Virus record (IMG/VR): IMGVR_UViG_3300042301_001596
Coordinates: 1,441-65,440 of that record
Source: a virus
Taxonomy: Duplodnaviria > Caudoviricetes
Reading direction: 5' to 3' (one strand)
DNA: 64,000 nucleotides
Shown here: positions 56,340-64,000 of the stretch, piece after piece
Layout of the letters: the number at the start of each line of letters is the position of its first letter
Position numbering within the stretch: the stretch's first letter is position 1
Translations under genes and position numbers: made by a program
Notes under the pieces: model-generated
What the model was told of the DNA's origin: nothing
Database searches by the model: none
What the model saw: the letters and a program-made list of their open reading frames with translations, nothing else

Positions 56340-56677
56340 TAAAATGGAGCTTCTTCTTGTTTACCAGAAAGTAACTGCAATGTAGCTACTCTTGCATGCA
56401 ATTGTGCAACACTTTCGTTTGTGCTACCATTTACATAATTTTTTGCTTCTGGCTTACCTTCCATGTAAATCAAAGTTCCTTTTTTTAAATAGCTTGCAAC
56501 ATTAATTTTTTCAGTCCAATAAGCACATGAAATCCAAGTTGTCTTATCAACCTCTTGTCCATCTTGCTTTTTAAACTTTTCACTGTAAGCCATTGAGAAA
56601 TTAATCACCGTCTTACCATTAACATTGTTAACTACTGCATCTTGGCCTAAACGACCAATAACTGAAATTCTAATCAT
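56339..56677 (-). CDS. ssb: single-stranded DNA-binding protein
   Basis: IGRLGQDA...TTW...YLKKG..IYMEG; C-terminal PF. Confidence 0.92.
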   Translation of the reverse strand: MIRISVIGRLGQDAVVNNVNGKTVINFSMAYSEKFKKQDGQEVDKTTWISCAYWTEKINVASYLKKGTLIYMEGKPEAKNYVNGSTNESVAQLHARVATLQLLSGKQEEAPF

Positions 56678-56697
56678 TGTTTTGTTTTTTATAATTA

Positions 56698-58563
56698 TTA
56701 AAATATTACTTCTTCCCCATTTTCATCTTGATATGGTAACCAAGCCTGACTTGCTTCTTTTCTTTTCCAAAAATCATAATTCTTTTTATTCAACATCTCT
56801 TGTATAAAATCTCTGCCTTCAATAAAAAATCTTCTTCTTTCCCATACATACTCAACCAACATAAAACCTTTTCTGCCAACGCTTTTCTTTTTAATCTTTT
56901 TAGAGTGAAATTCTGCTAAAGGATTATTAGGATCCGTTTGCGCAAATGGTCTATGATAGACTAAAATGTTATCCATTTTGTTATTCCACATTGCACCATC
57001 TGCAACATCAAAAACATCTGGACATTTGTAATTACCTGTCTTATCTCTTTCCATTAATTTAGGATGCGCAATTACCCAGAAATATACATCATTTTTCTTT
57101 GCAAATCTTGAAAAGTCAGCTAATAATGTTTCAAGATATTTATCTGTTCTTCCACCAAATCCTTTGTAATCATTTGTCATCTGATTGAACGGATCAATAC
57201 AACAAAAATCAACTTTCTCTTGCACAATCAATTCAAGAAATTTTTCTTTGATATACTGGGGGGTAGGGGAAAGCATTTCTGCGCTGATGTAAAATATATG
57301 CTTAGAAATAAAATCATAAGCAGCTTCATAAACCTCATTTGATGGTCTATTTGGATTAAATGGAGTACACTCACAACCCAATAACATCTCAACATAATCA
57401 TGAAAATATTCTTCAGCTGGAGTATCTTCAGGTGAAAATGTAGCAATCTTCTCCCCAAACATTATGATTCTTCCCAAAATCTGTGACTTCTGCCAAGCGG
57501 TCTTTCCGTAGTTACCAATACCGGTCAACAGTGTTATTTCTCCTCTTTTTGGCTTAAACAAATAATCAAGCTCAGGTACACCAACCCCCATAATCTTCTC
57601 AAACCCTTTTTCGTTTATTGATAAAGCCCTATCCTTAACATCAATACCATAAACCACATCTTCAATCCTATAATTCTCGCCATTTTCTTCTGTAAATTCA
57701 CGCTTTACATCAATCTCATAATTAGTTTCTTTACTAACCAACTTCTCTTTCTGTATAGAAGCCGTTCCAAAATTGTTCTTATTTGCCCTATATCCGCTCT
57801 TTACGGCACTTTTCATCTCCGACATAGTAAAGTCATTACTAACGGTATATTCTGCCGAAATTAGGCCTAATGCGGCGCTTTCATCAATACCGAAGCGGCA
57901 ACATGCTGAAGCTAATTTGAAAATATATGTATTTCGCTCACCTGTTACAAAAGCATCGTTCTTATTCGTAAGCCATTTTAAAATTCTACGAAAGTTTTCG
58001 GAATCATCAATATTCTGGTTTTCAGTTACGGTTATCTTCTCAATTTTCTTAGCTTTTGCAAACACTAAAGCATTTTCGTTTACATAAATTTCAGGATCAA
58101 AGCTTTCGTAACAAACCCTACTTACATTAATTCCACTCCTGTCAATTTCAGGAAATACTTCCTGTAAAGACTGAAAATGCTCTCTATGCTTTGAACCGTC
58201 AGCTATTTTTACCAATGCTTTTAATCCATTACCAGATGGGCTAACCCAACAGGCATAAACAAAATCATGTGAAATTATATCGGTTTGCTTATCCCTTAAT
58301 TCAGATATATCATCAAAATCAAGCACAATAAAACCACTATGCTCAATAAGTTGCTCATCTTTTCTGTCGTTACCAAACTTACCGCTAAAGCAAACTGATG
58401 GTAAATTTAACTTAATCTTATTAGCCTTTTCCTTGTCAAGAGTGTTTCTGATTTCGGTAACCAGTTCCTTACTTGAACCAAATTTAATCCTTTCTAAAGC
58501 TTTTTCAATTGTGATGTAGTGAGGTTCCTTGCTAAAAATGTTTTTAAAAATAGTAGCTATCAT
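56698..58563 (-). CDS. primase-helicase (BT4734/VirE-N + PriCT + SF4 helicase)
   Basis: LPSVCFSG, FIVLDFD, SPSGNGLK; GERN; TGIGNYGKT (Walker A), CIDPFN, IAHP. Confidence 0.85.
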   Translation of the reverse strand: MIATIFKNIFSKEPHYITIEKALERIKFGSSKELVTEIRNTLDKEKANKIKLNLPSVCFSGKFGNDRKDEQLIEHSGFIVLDFDDISELRDKQTDIISHDFVYACWVSPSGNGLKALVKIADGSKHREHFQSLQEVFPEIDRSGINVSRVCYESFDPEIYVNENALVFAKAKKIEKITVTENQNIDDSENFRRILKWLTNKNDAFVTGERNTYIFKLASACCRFGIDESAALGLISAEYTVSNDFTMSEMKSAVKSGYRANKNNFGTASIQKEKLVSKETNYEIDVKREFTEENGENYRIEDVVYGIDVKDRALSINEKGFEKIMGVGVPELDYLFKPKRGEITLLTGIGNYGKTAWQKSQILGRIIMFGEKIATFSPEDTPAEEYFHDYVEMLLGCECTPFNPNRPSNEVYEAAYDFISKHIFYISAEMLSPTPQYIKEKFLELIVQEKVDFCCIDPFNQMTNDYKGFGGRTDKYLETLLADFSRFAKKNDVYFWVIAHPKLMERDKTGNYKCPDVFDVADGAMWNNKMDNILVYHRPFAQTDPNNPLAEFHSKKIKKKSVGRKGFMLVEYVWERRRFFIEGRDFIQEMLNKKNYDFWKRKEASQAWLPYQDENGEEVIF

Positions 58564-58567
58564 CGTA

Positions 58568-59296
58568 TTAATTTAAAGTTTTTCCTAATTCCTGTTGTCT
58601 TTTCTTGTAAGCTTCAAAATCATTATTTTTATAAATCTGCTGCTTTGGTAAATCTAAACCAACCAATTCATCATTCCATGAACTGTTGTTAAAGAAAGTT
58701 TGTGGATCCTTCCTAAATTTTTTATCTGGTTGGATAGTCTTGTATTTTGGGATATAGTCAATAATTGATTTTCTATCTAAATCTTGCAATGACTCCCACT
58801 TCTTTTTCAATTTCACTTTATCACCCACTTTCTTGTCATATAAATCCCAGAAAATATCAAACGATATATTTATTTCTTTTATTTCCTTTCCTTTTATTTC
58901 CTTTCCTTTCCTTTCCTTTTTAGCATTGCTATCGGATTGCGTTTGCATTGCGTTCGCATTTTCCCATCTATAACTAGCTGATTTTCTTGCTTTTGCACTT
59001 TTATCATTTCTTTGTTCTAGTCTTTCTTGAACAGAATTACTGCCAAAATAATCACCATTAAAAATGAATAAATCAAAGTCATTTACTACGCTCGCTACAA
59101 GGTCGCTATCCGATCTTAAATCATACGCAATGCCTTCGTAATCCATTCGCAATGCGTTCGCATTATTGTATAAATCTTCTACTATTGACCAAAAAACACC
59201 ATACCCCTGCATGCCATGTTTTCTAATCAACCTTTTTATCTTCTCATCATTACGAGCATTATAGTCGTGTGAGAAGTAGAATGTATCTTTTGGCAT
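58568..59296 (-). CDS. replication initiator (DUF4373 / Lin1244-like N-terminus)
   Basis: YFSHDYNARNDEK...GYGVFW; C-terminal FDIFWDLY..KV...PQTFFN...W. Confidence 0.8.
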   Translation of the reverse strand: MPKDTFYFSHDYNARNDEKIKRLIRKHGMQGYGVFWSIVEDLYNNANALRMDYEGIAYDLRSDSDLVASVVNDFDLFIFNGDYFGSNSVQERLEQRNDKSAKARKSASYRWENANAMQTQSDSNAKKERKGKEIKGKEIKEINISFDIFWDLYDKKVGDKVKLKKKWESLQDLDRKSIIDYIPKYKTIQPDKKFRKDPQTFFNNSSWNDELVGLDLPKQQIYKNNDFEAYKKRQQELGKTLN

Positions 59297-59305
59297 TTTA
59301 AAATC

Positions 59306-59503
59306 TTAATCGTTTATTAAATCGGTTTTCAAAGCTTCATTTATGCGTATAATCTCACTATCAGTAAATAGTAATTTACCTTGCATTTTGCGCGATAATT
59401 CCGATTCTGGTATCTTGGCATTTAATGAAAGCCAACGCTGAGTGCGACCATCCATAGCTTCCTTGATTCGTTCATGAAGCTTCATTGTTTTAATTTCTTC
59501 CAT
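59306..59503 (-). CDS. Cro/CI-type HTH regulator
   Basis: GRTQRWLS...IPESELSRKMQG...FTxxE. Confidence 0.75.
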   Translation of the reverse strand: MEEIKTMKLHERIKEAMDGRTQRWLSLNAKIPESELSRKMQGKLLFTDSEIIRINEALKTDLIND

Positions 59504-59514
59504 AAAATTTATTG

Positions 59515-59615
59515 TTGAATAGCAAAAATAGTATTAATTTCTAAATTCCCAAATATTTTTAATTTTTTTTAAAAATAATTTTGTGGTTTAATTAATTTAA
59601 TTAAATTTGCATAAA
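59515..59615. promoter_or_regulatory. divergent promoter region of the replication/recombination modules
   Basis: TATTTTTG on - (59523-59530), TAAATTTG on + (59602-59609), AT box at 59589-59604. Confidence 0.7.
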
Positions 59616-59622
59616 ATAAATT

Positions 59623-59862
59623 ATGACACCAAAAGAAAAGGCCGAAGAATTACTAATGTATTATATGCAAGTTCCAAAAGATAATGGATATGTTATTAAT
59701 ATAGAACATGGTAGACAAAATGCTTTTAAAGCAATAATAGAAGTTCAGTATGCTATTGCTGAAACTGGAGTATTGTCAGGATTTTGGTATGAAACTGGAG
59801 AACAATTGGAAAAAATATATAAAAAATATAAAAAAGAATTTATAAAAATAGATGGAAAATAG
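59623..59862 (+). CDS. MTPKEKA-family small phage protein
   Basis: N-terminus nearly identical to that of 16307..16519. Confidence 0.65.
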   Translation: MTPKEKAEELLMYYMQVPKDNGYVINIEHGRQNAFKAIIEVQYAIAETGVLSGFWYETGEQLEKIYKKYKKEFIKIDGK

Positions 59863-60022
59863 AGAACTAATATATGAATTGGCTAAAAAGCTTGATTTAA
59901 TAATAGAAGTAACAAAAGATGGTAAATACGCTGGTAAATATAAATTCATAAATAACAAACTACATAAACTAAAAGAAGATGAGAAATTCAACGATAATAG
60001 TAAAGAAAAAGAGATGCGTTAG
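59852..60022 (+). CDS. hypothetical protein, not in ORF track
   Basis: manual translation MENRELIYELAKKL..., 56 aa, fills the gap. Confidence 0.45.
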   Translation: MENRELIYELAKKLDLIIEVTKDGKYAGKYKFINNKLHKLKEDEKFNDNSKEKEMR

Positions 60023-60515
60023 ATGCGGAAACATTGATTACCATTTTTCAAAAAAGATGTGTAAACAATGCGCTACTATTGAATCTACGCAAAAAAGAAT
60101 GGAAGAATTTGAAGATGATGGAGAAAGTTTTCAAAATCTTGTTTCAGATTTAGATCATGTATTTAGCCAGTATATTAGATGTAAATATGCCAGTAAAGAT
60201 GGTATGGTAGAATGTTATACATCTGGGAAAAAAATGAGATGGCAGGAAATACAATGCGGTCATTTTATACCAAGGGCAAATCTTGGAACCAGATGGTTAG
60301 AAGCTAATTGTAGGCCACAATCAATGGAAGAAAATTATTTTAAGCTTGGTAATCTAGAGGAGTTTGAATATAAGTTAGATGCAGAGAATAATGGTGTTGT
60401 AGAATATTTGAGAGAATTAGCAAGACAGGTTGCTAAGCCAACTAAAGATGAATTAAAAGCCTTAATTATTGAATATAGGTCCAAATTAAATTTGGTAAAG
60501 AAGAAGTTTAATTAA
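59979..60515 (+). CDS. NinG/Rap-like recombination endonuclease
   Basis: LDxVFSQYIR...CYTSG...QCGHFIPR...TRW...NCRPQ; N-terminal CxxC-CxxC. Confidence 0.8.
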   Translation: MRNSTIIVKKKRCVRCGNIDYHFSKKMCKQCATIESTQKRMEEFEDDGESFQNLVSDLDHVFSQYIRCKYASKDGMVECYTSGKKMRWQEIQCGHFIPRANLGTRWLEANCRPQSMEENYFKLGNLEEFEYKLDAENNGVVEYLRELARQVAKPTKDELKALIIEYRSKLNLVKKKFN

Positions 60516-60579
60516 ATTTATTTTTTTAATTAAATTAATTAAATTAATTTTGTACTCAAACATTAAAAAAAAACATAAA

Positions 60580-60777
60580 ATGGCAAGAAACATTAGTCCA
60601 GATTCGGTATCAAGTAAAGTATCGGATCTTAAGGTAGGAGAAAGTTTACTATTAGAAAACCCATATACTTCAGTAATGGTTATGGTTTCAAATCTTAAAA
60701 GAAAAGAAGAGCATAAAGTAAAAGTTTTTAAAATTAAAGCAGATGAAAATAAAACAAATGTAACCAGACTAAAATAA
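60580..60777 (+). CDS. small DNA-binding-like protein
   Basis: LKVGES...VTRLK pattern; TAATTTTG at 60545; start likely 60580. Confidence 0.55.
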   Translation: MARNISPDSVSSKVSDLKVGESLLLENPYTSVMVMVSNLKRKEEHKVKVFKIKADENKTNVTRLK

Positions 60778-60782
60778 GTAAT

Positions 60783-61154
60783 ATGCACATACAAACCATC
60801 AACTACACTAGAACTTTTAATTTAGGTAATTATTCATCAGAAAAAATAGGGGTTGAATTTGCTTTGAATCCGGGTGAATCAGCAGATAAAGCTCTTGATA
60901 ACGCAAGACAACTTGTTGAAGAATACCATAAAAAGAGTGTTAAGCAAATTGAAGAAGCTGGGTTTTATTTTGAACAAGATGAACCAATTGCTGAAAAGGT
61001 AATACCAACACAGTCAAAAAAGACTTTAACAGAAAGAACAAAAGAGTTTATTGATTCTTGCACAACAAAACAAGAATTAAAAGCTTGGGAACTAATGTGT
61101 AAAAACAATCTTGAATTGCTGGAATATTATAATAACAAACTAAACAACCTTTAA
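60783..61154 (+). CDS. hypothetical protein
   Basis: 123 aa, YxRTFNLGNYSSEKI motif. Confidence 0.65.
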   Translation: MHIQTINYTRTFNLGNYSSEKIGVEFALNPGESADKALDNARQLVEEYHKKSVKQIEEAGFYFEQDEPIAEKVIPTQSKKTLTERTKEFIDSCTTKQELKAWELMCKNNLELLEYYNNKLNNL

Positions 61155-61156
61155 TT

Positions 61157-61885
61157 ATGAACTGGAGCGAAACACTTATTAGATCAAGTTCTGTTGGGTA
61201 TTTAATGACAGAGCCGGTAACTAAAGCCGACAAAGAAGCCGGTTTATTATCAAAAACTGCACAAAAACATTTAATTGAAGTTTATATCGCTGAGAAATAT
61301 GGTAGAAAGCGAGATATACAAACAAAACAAATGAAGAAAGGTGTTGAGGTTGAAGATGATTCAATTGATCTTTTAAATAATTTTTGGGGAGTAGATTATG
61401 ATAAAAATGAACATAGATTTACTAATGATTACATATCAGGGCATCCAGATATAATTACTGTTAATCCAAATAAAGTTATTGATATTAAATCAAGTTATGA
61501 CCTTTGGACATTCTTAGGAAATATACCAGATAAACTTGATAATTTGTATTACTGGCAACTTCAATCTTACATGTGGCTTACAGCTGCTACTAGTGGGCAT
61601 ATTGCATACTGTCTTGTGAATACCCCATTCAACATTGTTGAGCAAGAGAAAAGATACTTACTTAATAAGATGAATGTTATTTCAGAAGAAAGCCCAGAAT
61701 ATGTAAAAGAAGCTCTTAAATTAGAATTTAGTTTGACTTTTGATGATATTGATATTTCAGAAAGGATATTAATATTCAATGTTGAAAGAAACGAAGATGA
61801 CATTTTAAAGATTCAGCATAAAGTAGAAAAAGCAAGAGAATTTTTATTTGAACTTGAAAACAAACATCTAAATTTCAATAAATGA
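61157..61885 (+). CDS. YqaJ/lambda-type exonuclease
   Basis: IRSS...MKKG..VE...GHPD...DIKSS...YYWQLQSYM (PD-(D/E)xK). Confidence 0.85.
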   Translation: MNWSETLIRSSSVGYLMTEPVTKADKEAGLLSKTAQKHLIEVYIAEKYGRKRDIQTKQMKKGVEVEDDSIDLLNNFWGVDYDKNEHRFTNDYISGHPDIITVNPNKVIDIKSSYDLWTFLGNIPDKLDNLYYWQLQSYMWLTAATSGHIAYCLVNTPFNIVEQEKRYLLNKMNVISEESPEYVKEALKLEFSLTFDDIDISERILIFNVERNEDDILKIQHKVEKAREFLFELENKHLNFNK

Positions 61886-62232
61886 CCGGAGCTAATATCA
61901 TAAGTGCAATCCAAAATTTAAAAATGGCTCAAGAGCAATTAGAAGATTTTTGCAGGCAGTTCCCCAACTCACAGGGAGAAAGGATATTTAAAAATTATAG
62001 TAAAAAAATAGATTGGATTTTTAATGATATTATAACCCACCCGTTTCTTACAACTGAAGTTAGAATTGGAATTAAAAACGAAATACAAAGTGATGTTTTT
62101 GCAGTTCCAGCTATAGTTGAAAAGGTTGCTTTATTGAACCCGGAACAAAGAGAAATTATAGAATCTACATTAGATGCTATGATAAACGGAGAAGAAGTAA
62201 AAATTGTTGACATTAACGAAATAAATAAATAA
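61882..62232 (+). CDS. hypothetical protein
   Basis: 116 aa, ATGA-coupled. Confidence 0.6.
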   Translation: MTGANIISAIQNLKMAQEQLEDFCRQFPNSQGERIFKNYSKKIDWIFNDIITHPFLTTEVRIGIKNEIQSDVFAVPAIVEKVALLNPEQREIIESTLDAMINGEEVKIVDINEINK

Positions 62233-62234
62233 AA

Positions 62235-62507
62235 ATGGCTAAGAAAAAAGAAAAAGAACTCAACCTACCATCTAATGCACAAGTACTTGATGGATGCGAC
62301 TTTTGTATGCAATTTGATTATGATGATCCACATGTAATTGGTGCTAGTGAAAGCTCAGATGGCGTAATGGAGATAGTATTGAAGTCTTACATGGACGTTG
62401 GTATAACATTTTTATGTCCAACAACCGGAAAGAAACTAAGACTATTTGCAAGGCCTTTATCAGACAAAGGCAGACAGATTTTAGAAATGCAAGCAGAACA
62501 AGATTAA
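62235..62507 (+). CDS. hypothetical protein
   Basis: 90-aa ORF. Confidence 0.6.
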   Translation: MAKKKEKELNLPSNAQVLDGCDFCMQFDYDDPHVIGASESSDGVMEIVLKSYMDVGITFLCPTTGKKLRLFARPLSDKGRQILEMQAEQD

Positions 62508-62526
62508 TAACCACAAAACCAAAAAA

Positions 62527-63072
62527 ATGAAAAAGCTAATAACAACCACACTAATCATTATCTTCTTAGTAAACACTGCAATGTCGCAGATATTTGATGG
62601 TATTAATTTAAAAGAAGATAGAAACCTATTATTATCAAAGTTGAAAACAAAAGGATTTACTTTTGATTACGCAGCAGGTGAAACCACAAAGCTCTCAGGA
62701 GAATACGATAACAAACTTGCTAGAGTATATATAGTAAATACTATTAAATCAAATAAGCCAGTTGTATTGACGGCTTATGTTGGAGATGCTGATACATGGG
62801 ATGAATTGCTTGCAAACTATAAAAAGTATGTAAAAGTATTTTCAGACAAATACGGTAACCCAGATATGTATTCAGAATCTTTCAAATCACCTTACGACAA
62901 AGACTTTAAGGGATATGAAATGGAAGCGGTGAGAAATGAAAAGTCAAACTTTATTTCCGAATGGACTAGAGATGGTATTAATTATTCGGTAGAGATATTT
63001 CAATATAATAGTATAATTATTACATATAGAAACGAAGAAAATTACAGGATAAATAAGATGGAGTGGAAGTAA
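62527..63072 (+). CDS. exported protein with signal peptide
   Basis: MKKLITTTLIIIFLVNTAMS-Q, a Bacteroidota-type signal peptide with Gln at +1. Confidence 0.7.
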   Translation: MKKLITTTLIIIFLVNTAMSQIFDGINLKEDRNLLLSKLKTKGFTFDYAAGETTKLSGEYDNKLARVYIVNTIKSNKPVVLTAYVGDADTWDELLANYKKYVKVFSDKYGNPDMYSESFKSPYDKDFKGYEMEAVRNEKSNFISEWTRDGINYSVEIFQYNSIIITYRNEENYRINKMEWK

Positions 63073-63078
63073 ATAACA

Positions 63079-63101
63079 AAGGCGGCCTAAAAAACCGCCT
63101 T
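63079..63101. terminator. hairpin terminator between convergent genes
   Basis: AAGGCGG-9nt-CCGCCTT. Confidence 0.7.
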
Positions 63102-63182
63102 ATTTATTATCTTCAGAAAGACATTTTACGCATACACCATCTTCCAATAAAATGTCATGAGTTACACAAACGTCTTTATCCA

Positions 63183-63467
63183 TTATGATTTCTTATGTTT
63201 ATTTGCGAATTTACGAGCAGCTTCAACGCTACCAAATCCCCAAGCTTTTAATGCTAATGCCTTACGAGTAGGTTCTCCATTAGGCTTTTTCATAGCACCT
63301 AACATGCCACTAAATCTAGCAGCAAAAGAAACCCTTCTAGGATTAACGCCAGATTTAACTGGGGCTTTTAAATTGCCACCAGTTTCAGCATTATAAGATG
63401 CACGACCTTTTGCGTTTAATCCGCCTTCTGGATTTTTACCTTCTTTTCTTTGCCAAGCTCCTGACAT
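63183..63467 (-). CDS. DUF6321-like basic phage protein
   Basis: WQRKEGKNPEGGLNAKGR...RRxSFxAR. Confidence 0.7.
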   Translation of the reverse strand: MSGAWQRKEGKNPEGGLNAKGRASYNAETGGNLKAPVKSGVNPRRVSFAARFSGMLGAMKKPNGEPTRKALALKAWGFGSVEAARKFANKHKKS

Positions 63468-63469
63468 AA

Positions 63470-63628
63470 CTATTTATTTTTTTTCATTGCTTTAATTTTT
63501 TTCTCTTGTTTCAACATTTCGGCAGTTGGCTTCTTACCACTACCCTTGTTGGCACGAATATTATCCCATAATCCCCTACGAGAATATGATCCATCCGCGC
63601 GTTTCATCATCTGTAGTTTGTTTTTCAT
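63470..63628 (-). CDS. small basic protein (GLWDNIRA family), not in ORF track
   Basis: manual translation, 52 aa. Confidence 0.55.
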   Translation of the reverse strand: MKNKLQMMKRADGSYSRRGLWDNIRANKGSGKKPTAEMLKQEKKIKAMKKNK

Positions 63629-63643
63629 ACGCTAATTTACGAA

Positions 63644-63901
63644 TTATTTTTGATTTTCAGCTTTCCATATCACTAAATCTATTCCAGTTAAGTGATTAGG
63701 AGGCTCCAAAATTGGCTTTTTTTCACTTTGTACTGGTATTTGTACCGATTTGCGTACATCTTCCAAATTTGAGGCGCTTTTGCCGTAATTATCCATCAAA
63801 TAATTGACCACTTGCTGAACAGATGTCAAATTTTGCTCTTTTTGAATCATTTCCAACTTATATAAGTCAAATCTTACTCCAATTGGGTTGCTTTTTTTCA
63901 T
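63644..63901 (-). CDS. ribbon-helix-helix-like DNA-binding protein
   Basis: KSNPIGVRFD beta-strand followed by two helices. Confidence 0.55.
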   Translation of the reverse strand: MKKSNPIGVRFDLYKLEMIQKEQNLTSVQQVVNYLMDNYGKSASNLEDVRKSVQIPVQSEKKPILEPPNHLTGIDLVIWKAENQK

Positions 63902-63910
63902 AAAATAAAT

Positions 63911-63985
63911 TGTAGCTACAAAGTTAATACTAAAAAGTGAAATGTAGCTACAAAATTAAATTAATTATCGCTAATTGTAGCTACA
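63911..63985. promoter_or_regulatory. three perfect palindromes TGTAGCTACA (operator array)
   Basis: copies at 63911, 63943 and 63976; the first overlaps TAACTTTG (- strand, 63919-63926). Confidence 0.75.
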
Positions 63986-64000
63986 AAATTTAAGTTACAC

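Noticed and set aside
1-64000. tRNA/rRNA genes, integrase, IS elements, introns or inteins
   Set aside because: None recognised by eye; intergenic gaps are short, and TerL and the helicase are of normal length. A tRNAscan/Infernal run would be needed to exclude them fully

Overview
The whole window is AT-rich tailed-phage DNA, most likely from a phage of a Bacteroidota host. The evidence is repeated TAnnTTTG promoter elements, A-rich leaders without Shine-Dalgarno motifs, and Bacteroidota-type replication proteins. Layout: (1) 1-7.1 kb, + strand, small early genes including a minimal ligase-like nucleotidyltransferase. (2) 7.1-54.2 kb, mostly - strand, a crAss-like podovirus late module (terminase, portal, scaffold, 470-aa capsid, ring proteins, GroES, split muzzle, ejection proteins, ferritin, Gly-Thr-Ser-repeat tail fibre, GH19 lysis cassette) with two glycosyltransferase clusters, one inverted. 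(3) 55-63 kb, a lambdoid-style replication/recombination module (initiator, primase-helicase, SSB, NinG-like, exonuclease, C5 methylase). No DNA polymerase, RNA polymerase, integrase, tRNA or CRISPR array was recognised. The strongest candidate for an undescribed system is a phage-encoded protein O-glycosylation pathway. It comprises an Aah/TibC-like enzyme, a plant SGT1/HPAT-like enzyme and three further GT genes, co-occurring with mucin-like poly-Thr tails and (Gly-Thr-Ser)n repeats on several putative virion proteins. All family calls are by-eye motif recognition, not database searches.
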